Positions 20,655 through 30,586 of a stretch of DNA of 64,000 bases are shown here, in pieces; within the stretch, counting starts at the first letter, position 1, and every line of letters begins with the position of its first letter. The stretch covers positions 145,631-209,630 of the forward strand of contig JBGAJA010000004.1 in NCBI GenBank assembly GCA_044225175.1, given 5' to 3'. The notes under the pieces are model-generated. The model was given only the letters and a program-made list of their open reading frames with translations, did no database searches and had not been told where the DNA came from. Origin of the DNA: Candidatus Omnitrophota bacterium (GTDB lineage Bacteria > Omnitrophota > Gorgyraeia > Zapsychrales > Fredricksoniimonadaceae). The translations under genes were made by a program, and so were the position numbers.

Positions 20655-20705
20655 TCTAACGCAGAAAATGTGAATTTATATCCATTAATCAAAAAACCTG
20701 CTCGG

Positions 20706-22469
20706 TTAAGGATTTGATCCATCTGCTTTCAATATTTGCTCAAGCTGAGCGTTAGCCTGGGTCGTATAACTAATAAACTTCTTCTCATTATGACGATGTT
20801 CAAATTGTTCTTTTAATATCTTCTCATCATGAAATTTAAAGATTTCAAGCCTGCGTTTCACATGCTCAGGATGCAACCCTTTCTTCACTAATACTTCTTT
20901 AGCCACCTCAAGGCTTGTTAAATATGTTTCACGATGAATACTTTGAATGCCAATTTCCATCAAAAAAATCGCATGCTGCCTGTTTCTGGCTCGGGCTACA
21001 ATTTCGACTTCAGGGAAATGTTTTTTGACCGTTCTAGCGATTTCAATGGATTTTTCCATATCATCAACTGCTAACACAAAAAACTTGGCTTTAGCAGTGC
21101 CGGCAGATTCAAGAATATCCATTCGACTGGCGTCACCATAATAAACTTTATTACCAAATTTTCTGGCAATCTCAACTTGAGAAGCATCATTATCAAGAAT
21201 AGTAAAAGCAGTGACCTCTGATCTGAGTAAACGAGCTACGATTTGTCCAAATCGACCAAACCCAGCAATAATGACCTCGGGAGACTTCTCATCAATGGCA
21301 TCATAAGGACGTTCGGAGAGTTCAGATGACTTTCTGAAGTATTTCTGGTTTGCAGCAAAAATAAACGGAGTCAGCATCATGCTCATGGTGACTGCGACAT
21401 TTAGGATAGAGGCATTTTCATGAGAGAGAATATTGTTAGAAAACGCCACACTAAAGAGCACAAAAGCAAATTCTCCGCCTTGAGGTATTGTAAAGGCCAT
21501 GTTCTTGGCTGCATCTTTATCAAACCGAAAGATTCGCCCTAACCCAAAAATAATTAAACCTTTTAAGATGATAAATCCAAGCGTGACTGCAAGAACAACC
21601 CAGGGTTTGGCTACGATGACGTGCAGATCAAGCGACATTCCAATAGCGATAAAAAATAATCCCAGAAGCAGGCCTTTAAAAGGCAAAAGACTTGCCACCA
21701 ATTCATGCCTATACTCCGAATTGGCTAAAAGTATGCCAGCCATAAACGCCCCCATACCCATGGATAATCCAATAGCCTCGAACAAGACTGCTGTGCCTAA
21801 AACAACCATGAGGGCCATGGCAATAAAAACTTCCTGGAGTTTAGTTTCTGCAATGATACGAAAAACATGTCGAATCACATAATTACCTAGCAAAACAACC
21901 ACCACAAGTACCCCTAATACTTTGACAATTCCCCCGATACTAAATGAATTACCTTCGCCACCTGAAAAGAATGATAAAAGCGCAAGAATAGGCACAACTG
22001 CAATGTCTTGAAACATCAACACCGCAAATGCACCTTGGCCATGTTTTGTGTTTAATTGTCTATGAGATTCGAGAAGCGGTACTGCAAAAGCGGTCGATGA
22101 TAAAGCTAATCCAAAACCTGCCACAAAAGCAGCCAGCTTTTCAAGCCCAAGAAAACATCCAATTTGCATGAACAATAAGCCAGTGACTAAAACCTGTAAG
22201 AGGCCAAAACCAAAAATAGAACTGCGAAGTTTCCATAACTTGGCTGGTGTTAGCTCAAGCCCAATAATGAATAAAAGAAAAACAACGCCAAGCTCAGAGA
22301 ACTGCAAAATGACAACGGGATCTTTAATCCATCCTAAAACCATTGGTCCAACTAGAACACCAGCAAAAAGATATGCCAAAATCGGCCCAAGTCCAAATCT
22401 TGTAAATAAAGGAACAAAAAGGATCGCAACCGCGCTAAAGATTAACAGTTCGATAAGTACACTATGCAT
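20706..22469 (-). CDS. KefB/KefC-type K+ efflux antiporter (CPA2 plus KTN)
   Basis: ELGVVFLLFIIGLEL, LALSSTA, FQDIAV, QGGEFAFV, AGFGRFG, YYGDASR. Confidence 0.92.
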   Translation of the reverse strand: MHSVLIELLIFSAVAILFVPLFTRFGLGPILAYLFAGVLVGPMVLGWIKDPVVILQFSELGVVFLLFIIGLELTPAKLWKLRSSIFGFGLLQVLVTGLLFMQIGCFLGLEKLAAFVAGFGLALSSTAFAVPLLESHRQLNTKHGQGAFAVLMFQDIAVVPILALLSFFSGGEGNSFSIGGIVKVLGVLVVVVLLGNYVIRHVFRIIAETKLQEVFIAMALMVVLGTAVLFEAIGLSMGMGAFMAGILLANSEYRHELVASLLPFKGLLLGLFFIAIGMSLDLHVIVAKPWVVLAVTLGFIILKGLIIFGLGRIFRFDKDAAKNMAFTIPQGGEFAFVLFSVAFSNNILSHENASILNVAVTMSMMLTPFIFAANQKYFRKSSELSERPYDAIDEKSPEVIIAGFGRFGQIVARLLRSEVTAFTILDNDASQVEIARKFGNKVYYGDASRMDILESAGTAKAKFFVLAVDDMEKSIEIARTVKKHFPEVEIVARARNRQHAIFLMEIGIQSIHRETYLTSLEVAKEVLVKKGLHPEHVKRRLEIFKFHDEKILKEQFEHRHNEKKFISYTTQANAQLEQILKADGSNP

Positions 22470-22480
22470 GAAACCTCCGA

Positions 22481-22726
22481 TTAATAAACCGCCGTGCCCT
22501 TTCGTAGGGGCTCAAGCAACCCTTCTAAACCATTGAGTTTAATCTCATACATACTTCTTAACATCGCTCCCAGTGACCCTGGAGGGAAACCTTTGCGTTC
22601 AAACCAGCAAAGATAAGTTTCTGGAAGATCCACTAGCAATCGTCCCTTATATTTCCCAAAAGGCATCTGTGTTTGAAGAAGTGTGAGTAAATATTCGGGG
22701 TCGGGTAATAAAGCTTGTTCAGTCAT
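22481..22726 (-). CDS. DUF3820 family protein
   Basis: MPFGKYKGRLLVDLPETYLCWF..GFP.G.LG...YEIKLNGLE. Confidence 0.85.
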   Translation of the reverse strand: MTEQALLPDPEYLLTLLQTQMPFGKYKGRLLVDLPETYLCWFERKGFPPGSLGAMLRSMYEIKLNGLEGLLEPLRKGTAVY

Positions 22727-22950
22727 TAGGAAATCTTCTTCTTATAGATAATAAATTGCGGATGTTTAGGTGTGTAGGCTTTCTGTACTTCTATTTGGCT
22801 GCGTAATACAGTTAATTTGACGGATGCCCTTTCGTCACCTTTTTCTAAATCAAAAAGTACGATACGATTCTCAGTCCGCACACCAACCACCCTATATGCT
22901 TGGCCATCATCCTTCAAGATAACCGTATCACCAACATCGTATTCAGCCAT
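22726..22950 (-). CDS. Small hypothetical protein (SH3/KOW-like)
   Basis: Start MAEYDVGDTV after AAGGA. The upstream extension in the ORF track overlaps the next gene. Confidence 0.55.
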   Translation of the reverse strand: MAEYDVGDTVILKDDGQAYRVVGVRTENRIVLFDLEKGDERASVKLTVLRSQIEVQKAYTPKHPQFIIYKKKIS

Positions 22951-22978
22951 ATTACTTTCCTTACTTATTCTTTGGATG

Positions 22979-23446
22979 CTATATTTTTTGAATGATACGC
23001 CTCCAAAGAAACATTTCATTCCCATGAGCATTTTGAGGGAGTTGATCTTTAGGCGGGGTATAAATCTTAGTTTGTTTGACAATAAACTCACTGGGAACTT
23101 TACTGATAATCACCATCAAATCCCTTTTTTTGACGCGTTGAATCTTTTCAATCACTTCTTTTTTATCAGCATTATCTGTAAAAACATAGGCTTGTTTTAG
23201 ATCAGCTGGCAATTGCTTATAAACGACTAAGAATTTTCCATAGTATTTCTGGAACTTATCCTCTCTCATGTTTGCAATTGTCTTAATATATTTGGCTTTT
23301 AATTTGGGCAGATTGGAAGTTTTAACATAAATCTTAGCCAAGTTCTTGATAGTCCCTCCAACCACCAAATCATATAACGAGGCTTTGGCATGGCTGGTCG
23401 ATGGAAAGATAAGAAGTAAAATAAAAATGATTAATTTGGGAAGCAT
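22979..23446 (-). CDS. Hypothetical exported basic protein
   Basis: Signal peptide ending SHA. Lys-rich. Confidence 0.6.
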   Translation of the reverse strand: MLPKLIIFILLLIFPSTSHAKASLYDLVVGGTIKNLAKIYVKTSNLPKLKAKYIKTIANMREDKFQKYYGKFLVVYKQLPADLKQAYVFTDNADKKEVIEKIQRVKKRDLMVIISKVPSEFIVKQTKIYTPPKDQLPQNAHGNEMFLWRRIIQKI

Positions 23447-23524
23447 AATGGGATTATTCTAGCAATAACCCCAAGACTCACACAAGCTAATTTACCGTAA
23501 ATGAAGCCAGCAGAAGATCAGATC

Positions 23525-24301
23525 TTATCCTAAAACTTCATTAACCGTTTTCAAAAGATCCGACGCATCTGTTGACTCAATAAAACGATCAATGCCTTCT
23601 TTATCCCCAATCTTTTGTGCAATGGTATTTCCTTCTGCTCCCTTGGCAGTATACAAAATATATTTGATATCCTGTGTTTTGGCCATCATCTTAAGTTTAA
23701 GGATCACCATGTCACCTGGTATATCTTCTAGGCCTAATTTAACTAGCACGACATCTGGGATGGTGTTAGAGGTTCGCTCGATACCTTCAGTACCATTCTG
23801 GGCTGGATTGACCATGTAACCAGCTGTTAAAAAGGCAGCACCGATTCTGTTTAATGTTTCAGGATCATTCTCAACAATACCAATTTTCCGAGGAACCCTG
23901 CTTCCGGTCGATAAAACCTTGGTAACAGTGTTTGACCTTTTAGAAATGATGGTAGCTACTTCAGATAAGAGATCATCGATTTCAAAGGGTTTGGCCATGA
24001 AACCATCAATATTCAATTGTTTAAACAACTGCTCCATGTTGGCACGAGCGGTCAAGACCAATACCGGATAACGTGGTTTATCTTGAACACAGATCTTTTG
24101 ATAAAATTCCAGCCCGCCCATTTTAGGCATATTCATATCAAGGATAATCAAATCGGGCTTCATGGTTTCTAATTTAGCTAAACCTTCAATCCCGTTACCG
24201 GCTGTTTCAACATGATAACCTTTAGACTTCAAGGCCATCTTGACTAATTGCTGCAAATCAATTTCATCATCAATTAAAAGAATCGTTTTAGGGGTACTCA
24301 T
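23525..24301 (-). CDS. Tandem-receiver response regulator (second REC degenerate)
   Basis: REC1: IDDE..LDMNMP..KPF. REC2: VEND..VLVKLGL, with K at the phospho-Asp position. Confidence 0.85.
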   Translation of the reverse strand: MSTPKTILLIDDEIDLQQLVKMALKSKGYHVETAGNGIEGLAKLETMKPDLIILDMNMPKMGGLEFYQKICVQDKPRYPVLVLTARANMEQLFKQLNIDGFMAKPFEIDDLLSEVATIISKRSNTVTKVLSTGSRVPRKIGIVENDPETLNRIGAAFLTAGYMVNPAQNGTEGIERTSNTIPDVVLVKLGLEDIPGDMVILKLKMMAKTQDIKYILYTAKGAEGNTIAQKIGDKEGIDRFIESTDASDLLKTVNEVLG

Positions 24302-25704
24302 AATTGTTCTCCATTCTTGTAGGGTAATATAAAGTTAAACGTCGTTCCTTGACTCAGCTTAGATTCCACCCAGATCTTCCCACCATGCAGGGTGATAATC
24401 TCCTTGGTGATTGCAAGCCCAAGCCCTGTACCACCTTCTTCAACATCTTGGGCTGATTCTAATTGTTGAAATTTTTGAAAAACTTTATCCAAATCCCCTT
24501 CAGCAATCCCTTTACCTGTATCTTGAACACTGACAAGAATGGCATTGTCTTGGGTTTTGGTTGCGATACTCACTCCACCTTTTTTGGTGAATTTAAGTGC
24601 ATTACTTAATAAATTATTTAAGACCTGAATGATACGGTCACTATCAAAAGCTAGGTGATGTATCTCGGCTTTCAAATCAGTTTTAATATATAACCCTCGC
24701 GTCTGAGAAACATCCTTTTGATTTTCCACAACCTCTTGAATCACCTTATGAAGGTCCTTAGAGATAAAATTCATCTTTAATTTTCCAGCTTCCATCTTGG
24801 TTAAATCCAAAATATCATCGATCAAGCGTTTCAAACGATCTACATTATTCTTAGCACGCCCCAATACCTCCTCCTGATCAGGATTGATATCACCGACCAT
24901 CCGTTTAATGACCAGATCAATAGCTGCTTTGATTGAGGCAAGCGGCGTACGAAGTTCATGTGAAACCGTTGAGGTAAATTCCTTTTGCATTTCATAAACT
25001 GCTTTCAACTTTTCTGATTGCATGAGCTTTATGTGGGTAACTTGCGCCTCATCCATAGCAGTCCTTAAATCTTGAGATGTGGCTTCCAGTTCCGATCGAT
25101 CTTGGGCTATTTTTTTCATTTCAAAAAATCCACGGATACAGGTTCTAATTAAAATAATATCTTCAAATACTACCCAACCCGCATGCTCCATCCAACGATA
25201 AGGACTGGCTGTCAAAACACCAAAAATTGATTGTGGCCAAAACACACTTCTAATCCAATGATCAAGGGCTGTCACGACGGTCGCTGTGATCAACACCTTC
25301 CAGTCTCTGTAAAATGAAAGAAAGGCTAGCGCCCCAAATATTTGGAAATGCGTTTCAATTCTTCCTCCCATTAAATGAATCAATAACCCACAATAGAGCA
25401 TCTGGGCCACAGCAATCACATGTCGGGTATAGATTTCCCCTGATTTAAAAAGTCCTAAAGCGATTGGCAAAAGTAGAATCCCACCTCCTAAAAATATGGC
25501 CGTCCATACATGGATATGGATCGAACTGATCGAGCCTTCCCACGCTTTAGGAGAAACAATCCAGGAGATCATGATGCCAAAGAGCCATTGGAAGATCATT
25601 AGCTTGACGAACATTCTATCCGTACTTTTATAAACCTCCTGCTGTGCGGATAAAAGAAGCTCTTCAGTTCTGCGTTCAATTTGAAATTTATTCTTTGATG
25701 GCAT
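24298..25704 (-). CDS. Membrane histidine kinase, RedC-like sensor
   Basis: IHLMGGRIETHFQIF..YRDW..EHAGWVVFE sensor domain, SHELRTPL, NLLSNALKF, GTGLGL. Confidence 0.88.
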   Translation of the reverse strand: MPSKNKFQIERRTEELLLSAQQEVYKSTDRMFVKLMIFQWLFGIMISWIVSPKAWEGSISSIHIHVWTAIFLGGGILLLPIALGLFKSGEIYTRHVIAVAQMLYCGLLIHLMGGRIETHFQIFGALAFLSFYRDWKVLITATVVTALDHWIRSVFWPQSIFGVLTASPYRWMEHAGWVVFEDIILIRTCIRGFFEMKKIAQDRSELEATSQDLRTAMDEAQVTHIKLMQSEKLKAVYEMQKEFTSTVSHELRTPLASIKAAIDLVIKRMVGDINPDQEEVLGRAKNNVDRLKRLIDDILDLTKMEAGKLKMNFISKDLHKVIQEVVENQKDVSQTRGLYIKTDLKAEIHHLAFDSDRIIQVLNNLLSNALKFTKKGGVSIATKTQDNAILVSVQDTGKGIAEGDLDKVFQKFQQLESAQDVEEGGTGLGLAITKEIITLHGGKIWVESKLSQGTTFNFILPYKNGEQL

Positions 25705-26314
25705 CGTCGGCTCCTTTTGGAGATTTTAAAAGACAACCAAAGGTAGGTGTGCTGTGCACACTGACTAGTCGGTCATGAACAATATCCTCAATACTACTGC
25801 GTCCAATATTATCTCCTGAATGCCCTCTAGAATCTGTAATTCCACCAGCGAAAACTAATTGCCCTTTACGGTTATACACAAGGGTCTGCCCTGAAACGTT
25901 ACCGCCAAAAATTTGAGCTTGCTTACCTTCATCATCAATGATGACTTCAACGCCAGGAATTTCACTGGCGGCTTTAAATAAATCTGACTTGACCCAAGTC
26001 TCATCCATTCCTTTAGGTTTTATAAAAAGTACATAGGCATGAAGCTTGCCTTGAGCCTTGGCCATGATCAAGGCCAATTCTCCAATGCTGGCTCTTGTGC
26101 AAGGGCATTTGGGATGGGCTACCATTACCAAGGTATATAGATCGGATGAAGGATGCACAAAAGATTCTGAAGGCCATTGCTTGGTTACGTGTTTTAAGAC
26201 AGCCGTTTTGTATTCATAGTTATAAAGCTTAGAGAAGCCGAAACCCAAGCCCGAAATCCATATCGTTCCAACTAAAATCAACAAAACTTTTTTACCTTGC
26301 GCGTTCATAATCAT
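25688..26314 (-). CDS. redB: RedB-like thioredoxin-fold membrane-anchored protein
   Basis: AHPKCPCTRASIGEL, GGITDSRGHSGDN.G and FGC, as in myxobacterial RedB-like proteins. Immediately upstream of the RedC-like kinase. Confidence 0.75.
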   Translation of the reverse strand: MIMNAQGKKVLLILVGTIWISGLGFGFSKLYNYEYKTAVLKHVTKQWPSESFVHPSSDLYTLVMVAHPKCPCTRASIGELALIMAKAQGKLHAYVLFIKPKGMDETWVKSDLFKAASEIPGVEVIIDDEGKQAQIFGGNVSGQTLVYNRKGQLVFAGGITDSRGHSGDNIGRSSIEDIVHDRLVSVHSTPTFGCLLKSPKGADDAIKE

Positions 26315-28563
26315 TGTCCATTCTTGTAAGGCAATATAAAGCTAAAAGTAGTGCCTTGACCTAGTTTAGATTCGACCCAAATCTTGCCGCCATGTAGATT
26401 GATAATCTCCTTGGTGATTGCAAGCCCTAGGCCCGTACCACCTTCTTCCACATCTTGAGAAGATTCCAATTGTTGAAACTTTTGAAATATCTTTGTCATA
26501 TCTGTCTTAGCAATACCCTTGCCAGTATCTTGAACACTAACAAGAATCGCATTCTCTTGAGGCTGATCAATTGTTGTGATTGTAACACCACCTTCTTTAG
26601 TAAATTTAAGGGCATTGCTTAATAAATTATTCAAAACCTGGATGATACGATCACTATCAAAGGCAAGTTGATGGTTCTTAGCCTTTAAATCAGTTTTGAC
26701 ATAAAGCTCACGTGTGTGTGCTACGTCCTTTTGATTTTCTACAACTTCTTCAATCACCGCATGGAGGTCTTTAGAAATAAAATTCATCTTTAATTTTCCA
26801 ATTTCCATCTTAGTCAAATCTAAAATGTCATCGATTAAACGTTTCAAGCGATCCACATTCTTCTTCGCCCGTCCCAACACTTCCTCTTGGTCTGGATTGA
26901 TATCTCCCACCATTCGTTTGATAACTAAATCAATCGCAGCCTTAATGGAAGCAAGTGGGGTGCGAAGTTCATGCGAAACCGTTGATGTAAAATCTTTTTG
27001 CATTTCATACATCAACGTTAATTTCTTGTTAACTGACTCAAGCTCCTCGGCCTCTTTTTGTTCGGTAATATCATTAAAAAGCACGACACAGCCATTGGGA
27101 GCCCCATTCTCATTTAAAAGAGGTGTGCATGTATATTCTACGGGAAAGCTGGTACCATCCTTACGCCAGAACACATCGCTTTTAATGCGGCGTCTTAACC
27201 CGTCTTTTAAAGATTTATAAATCGGACAGTCAGCTTGATCGTGAGGAGTTCCATCAGCGTGAGTGTGATGCATGGTTAGGTGTCCTGGCTTTCCAACCAG
27301 TTCAGTAGCACTATAGCCTAGCATTTGAGCCGCAGATGGATTTTCATATTTGATCTTGCCATTCACATCAAGCCAGTGAATCCCCTCCCCCATAGAATTT
27401 AAAACCAAGGCATGCTCATTGCGCAACTTCTCTATTTGTTCTATGGCGATATTCAACTGTTTATTCTTATACTCCATTTCTTGTTGAGACTTCATTAACT
27501 GATCACCATGTCTATTAAAGAAATAAACAGCCAGAGACAATAGAAAGACTAAGACAGCAACCATGCTGTAGGAAAATTTCGCAAAGTTTTGAATAAAGAC
27601 CACGTTATTACGCTGCCAAAATTCTTGATTGGATACCCCTGCCCATAACTCCCATTCTCCGTCTTTATCATTAAGACCCAAAGGAAGAACCTCAGAATAG
27701 ATAAGCTCAGGATTAGCGCGCCCAGCTTCTATCCATGTCTTGGAATGAGAAGCTTCTGTTTTTCCAGATTTAAAAATATTAAGACCCTGTTTAGCTTTTC
27801 TAATGGCATAATTTCCTGAAGGCAACCAGTCTCTCATAACGGATGTTAAAAATATTCCAGATATACTTCCCTTTAATTGATGGGCGTCATCAAAAAATGG
27901 AACTGAGTACAAAAGACCTGAACGATCCTCATCATTAGGTTTTAGAGGATTATATCGACTATTATCACATGTGATCACTTTAGGCCCGATCACAGCTGGA
28001 ACATCCAAGCCTTGAATTTTATCTTCCGATGGATAATGCTCTGCAAACCACTTAAGCTGCTTTTGAAGCACTTTATATTCATAGATTTCAATTTCTTCAA
28101 CTTTATGATCAGCTCCTGATCCACCTTTGTTTGATAATGCTGTCTTTCCCACAATCACCTCATCAAAAGCCAGAATAGGTTTTTCTAACTCAGAGGTTAC
28201 TGGATCTTTACGTTCTGGATTAAAATCTAGAGGAAGAATGTACACTTCTGATAGAGATATTTGATTAGCGATACTGTTATAAACTTCCTGAATGACCTTC
28301 TTATCGTTCTCACCAATGGTTTGGCCATATCGGTCAATTCTTTTAATACTAGGCAGACGTGAAATAGTCCTTAATCCTTCATAAATTCTTTTAAAATAAT
28401 CTTCCCTGATATCTCCAACGAGGGTTTTGGATTTGATATGTTCTTCTTCATGAAACGCTTCTTTGGCTGATTGAATATCTGAAGAATATTTCACATGAAT
28501 GGTCCCGCACAAAAGAAGTCCTAAGAAAAGAATGCTAATATATGGAAATTTTCTTCTAAGCAC
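26311..28563 (-). CDS. Sensor histidine kinase (periplasmic domain, PAS, HisKA, HATPase)
   Basis: Two TM segments, PAS (MGEGI..NPSA..HH..CPI..FWRKDG.FPVEY), SHELRTPL, GTGLGL. Confidence 0.9.
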   Translation of the reverse strand: MLRRKFPYISILFLGLLLCGTIHVKYSSDIQSAKEAFHEEEHIKSKTLVGDIREDYFKRIYEGLRTISRLPSIKRIDRYGQTIGENDKKVIQEVYNSIANQISLSEVYILPLDFNPERKDPVTSELEKPILAFDEVIVGKTALSNKGGSGADHKVEEIEIYEYKVLQKQLKWFAEHYPSEDKIQGLDVPAVIGPKVITCDNSRYNPLKPNDEDRSGLLYSVPFFDDAHQLKGSISGIFLTSVMRDWLPSGNYAIRKAKQGLNIFKSGKTEASHSKTWIEAGRANPELIYSEVLPLGLNDKDGEWELWAGVSNQEFWQRNNVVFIQNFAKFSYSMVAVLVFLLSLAVYFFNRHGDQLMKSQQEMEYKNKQLNIAIEQIEKLRNEHALVLNSMGEGIHWLDVNGKIKYENPSAAQMLGYSATELVGKPGHLTMHHTHADGTPHDQADCPIYKSLKDGLRRRIKSDVFWRKDGTSFPVEYTCTPLLNENGAPNGCVVLFNDITEQKEAEELESVNKKLTLMYEMQKDFTSTVSHELRTPLASIKAAIDLVIKRMVGDINPDQEEVLGRAKKNVDRLKRLIDDILDLTKMEIGKLKMNFISKDLHAVIEEVVENQKDVAHTRELYVKTDLKAKNHQLAFDSDRIIQVLNNLLSNALKFTKEGGVTITTIDQPQENAILVSVQDTGKGIAKTDMTKIFQKFQQLESSQDVEEGGTGLGLAITKEIINLHGGKIWVESKLGQGTTFSFILPYKNGQ

Positions 28564-29152
28564 GACCGCCCCCTTTGATGCTTAATAATTCCTCAATTTT
28601 TTCTTTCAAACTGTCCATATCAAATGGTTTTGGTAAAAAGGCATCCGCTCCCACCTTCTTCATCTCGTTGATAGCCTCATCATCCGTGTTTCCTGAGATA
28701 AAAAGGATTTTGACATTCTTATTTTCTGGGTTGCTTCGAATTCTAGAACATACGCCATACCCATTCATACCTGGCATTTGAATATCTAAAAGGATCAAAT
28801 GAGGTTTAAAACTGACAAATTTCTCTCCTGCTTCAAATCCATCAAAGGCTACTTCAATCGCATAATTTTTTTGAAATAGTAAAAAACGTTTAGTTAAGGC
28901 AACTAAATCCTTGTCATCATCCACAATCAAGACCCGCTTTAAATCTACAACTGAGGCTGATTCAAATTCCTTAGGGATGGGCATATTGTATTTCTTAAGA
29001 AAGCTAACGAATTCTTCAATACTAACTCGGCTGTGATTGCCTGGAGTGCGGTAAGCTGTTAACTTACCTTCATTAATCCACTGAATCACAGTCCTTGGAG
29101 TGACTTGGCAGTGTTGGGCGATCTCATAGGTTGTTAAGGTGTTTTTATACAT
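28556..29152 (-). CDS. Excisionase-like HTH plus receiver response regulator
   Basis: LTTYEIAQHCQVTPRTVIQWINEGKLTAYRTPGNHSR followed by VDDD..LDIQMP..KPF. Confidence 0.9.
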   Translation of the reverse strand: MYKNTLTTYEIAQHCQVTPRTVIQWINEGKLTAYRTPGNHSRVSIEEFVSFLKKYNMPIPKEFESASVVDLKRVLIVDDDKDLVALTKRFLLFQKNYAIEVAFDGFEAGEKFVSFKPHLILLDIQMPGMNGYGVCSRIRSNPENKNVKILFISGNTDDEAINEMKKVGADAFLPKPFDMDSLKEKIEELLSIKGGGRA

Positions 29153-29155
29153 ACT

Positions 29156-29542
29156 TTATTTTCCTGCCTGTTTTAAACCAAATTCCACCACTTGAAACAA
29201 ATGGTCAAGCTCAAAAGGTTTACCTAGAGACTGAAACTTCTCTCCTTCAATGTTGACTCCAACAGATCCAAAATCTTCATCCTCAGAAACAAGACCAGTT
29301 AAAAAAATAACTGGTATAGATTTTAGGTCTGGGTTCTTTCTTATAGATTTAACGACTTCACCCCCATTAATCTTGGGCATCATAATATCCATGAGGATTA
29401 AATCGGGCTTTTCCTTCTTAACTTCTTCCACCACACGAAGGCCATCATGAATGGTAGTAACCTCATATCCTTGGCTGACTAAGGCCATCTTTGTTAAGCT
29501 AGCTAGGTTACGATCATCATCTACTACCATTATTTTCCTCAT
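29156..29542 (-). CDS. Single-domain response regulator
   Basis: MRKIMVVDDD..MDIMMP..FLTG..KPF, with GGAGG SD. Confidence 0.9.
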   Translation of the reverse strand: MRKIMVVDDDRNLASLTKMALVSQGYEVTTIHDGLRVVEEVKKEKPDLILMDIMMPKINGGEVVKSIRKNPDLKSIPVIFLTGLVSEDEDFGSVGVNIEGEKFQSLGKPFELDHLFQVVEFGLKQAGK

Positions 29543-29660
29543 ATAGCCTCCTGTACCTGCCTTGAAGAGCATCCTGTATATCCCGCTCTTCCTGTTTCTC
29601 CTGTTTAAAGGATACCCGGCCAAAACCCTCTTTGTCAACCTAAGCCAGGATTAAAAACAA

Positions 29661-29697
29661 ATAAACCTATGTAAATTGTTTATTTACATAGGTTTAT
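29661..29697. repeat. Perfect 16-bp AT-rich inverted repeat
   Basis: ATAAACCTATGTAAAT-tgttt-ATTTACATAGGTTTAT. Confidence 0.8.
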
Positions 29698-29770
29698 GGT
29701 ATTAATGAGTTACAAAATTAATTTTAGGAAGGCTAAATTTGGCTCATGGGTACTGCCTTTTTCTATAAAG

Positions 29771-30562
29771 CTAGTTGCAGCAGCTTATCCCATAATTGGT
29801 TGGAGCTTGTTTTTGACCTGCCATGATGACGATGGGAAATGAAAAATGGAGTTTATCATCCTTGATATTGGCTTCAATCCCCAATTTGTTGATACCCACA
29901 TCTGCTTGAACGATTTTTTTGAATTCTTGGGCTTCTTTTGGCGGTGTTAATGTAGCCTTCAATAGTTCATCTACCTCTACAGGTAGGCGGTAAAATTGTT
30001 TTTCAATAACAGTTAATTCTGATTTTTCAAACATTTGATCTAGTTCTTCAAGCTCTAAGGCATGGGTATGTGATGGATCGCGCAGTTTTTCCATAGCATC
30101 ATAAAGTTGTGCTTGGGATTGGTTGTTCATAAATACATCAATAACCACCACACGTCCCTCCCATTTGGCAACTCGTGCCATTTCTTCAAGAACAGCTTGA
30201 GGGTCCGTAAAGTGATGAAAGGCAAAACGGCTGACAACAATGGAATAGGAACAATGTTCATACGGCAGCGGTTGAACTGAGCCAATATCCCAGCTCATAT
30301 TATTTAAACCTTGTGTCTTTTGTGCATCTTTAGCTTTTTCAATCATAGCGGGCACAAGATCAATACCTTTGACATGAGCGGCTGTTTTAGCAAACGCACA
30401 AGCCACAATCCCAGGACCACAGGCAACATCTAAGACGGTATCTTTACTTGTAGTTTGACTTAAACGCACAATCAAATCCAAAGCATCATAATGCCCAGCC
30501 ACACTTGAGAAGGTTGCGGATTGTTTTTCAAATTGTTCTTTAATTAAGTCGTTATGATCCAT
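29771..30562 (-). CDS. Class I SAM-dependent methyltransferase
   Basis: VLDVACGPG, GIDL, SRFAFHHF, RDPSH. Confidence 0.9.
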   Translation of the reverse strand: MDHNDLIKEQFEKQSATFSSVAGHYDALDLIVRLSQTTSKDTVLDVACGPGIVACAFAKTAAHVKGIDLVPAMIEKAKDAQKTQGLNNMSWDIGSVQPLPYEHCSYSIVVSRFAFHHFTDPQAVLEEMARVAKWEGRVVVIDVFMNNQSQAQLYDAMEKLRDPSHTHALELEELDQMFEKSELTVIEKQFYRLPVEVDELLKATLTPPKEAQEFKKIVQADVGINKLGIEANIKDDKLHFSFPIVIMAGQKQAPTNYGISCCN

Positions 30563-30586
30563 CTTCAATTCTATTCTTTCTTAAAA

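Noticed and set aside
28556-29152. Excisionase suggesting a prophage or ICE
   Set aside because: The HTH is fused to a receiver domain in a signalling operon. No phage or integrase genes are present.
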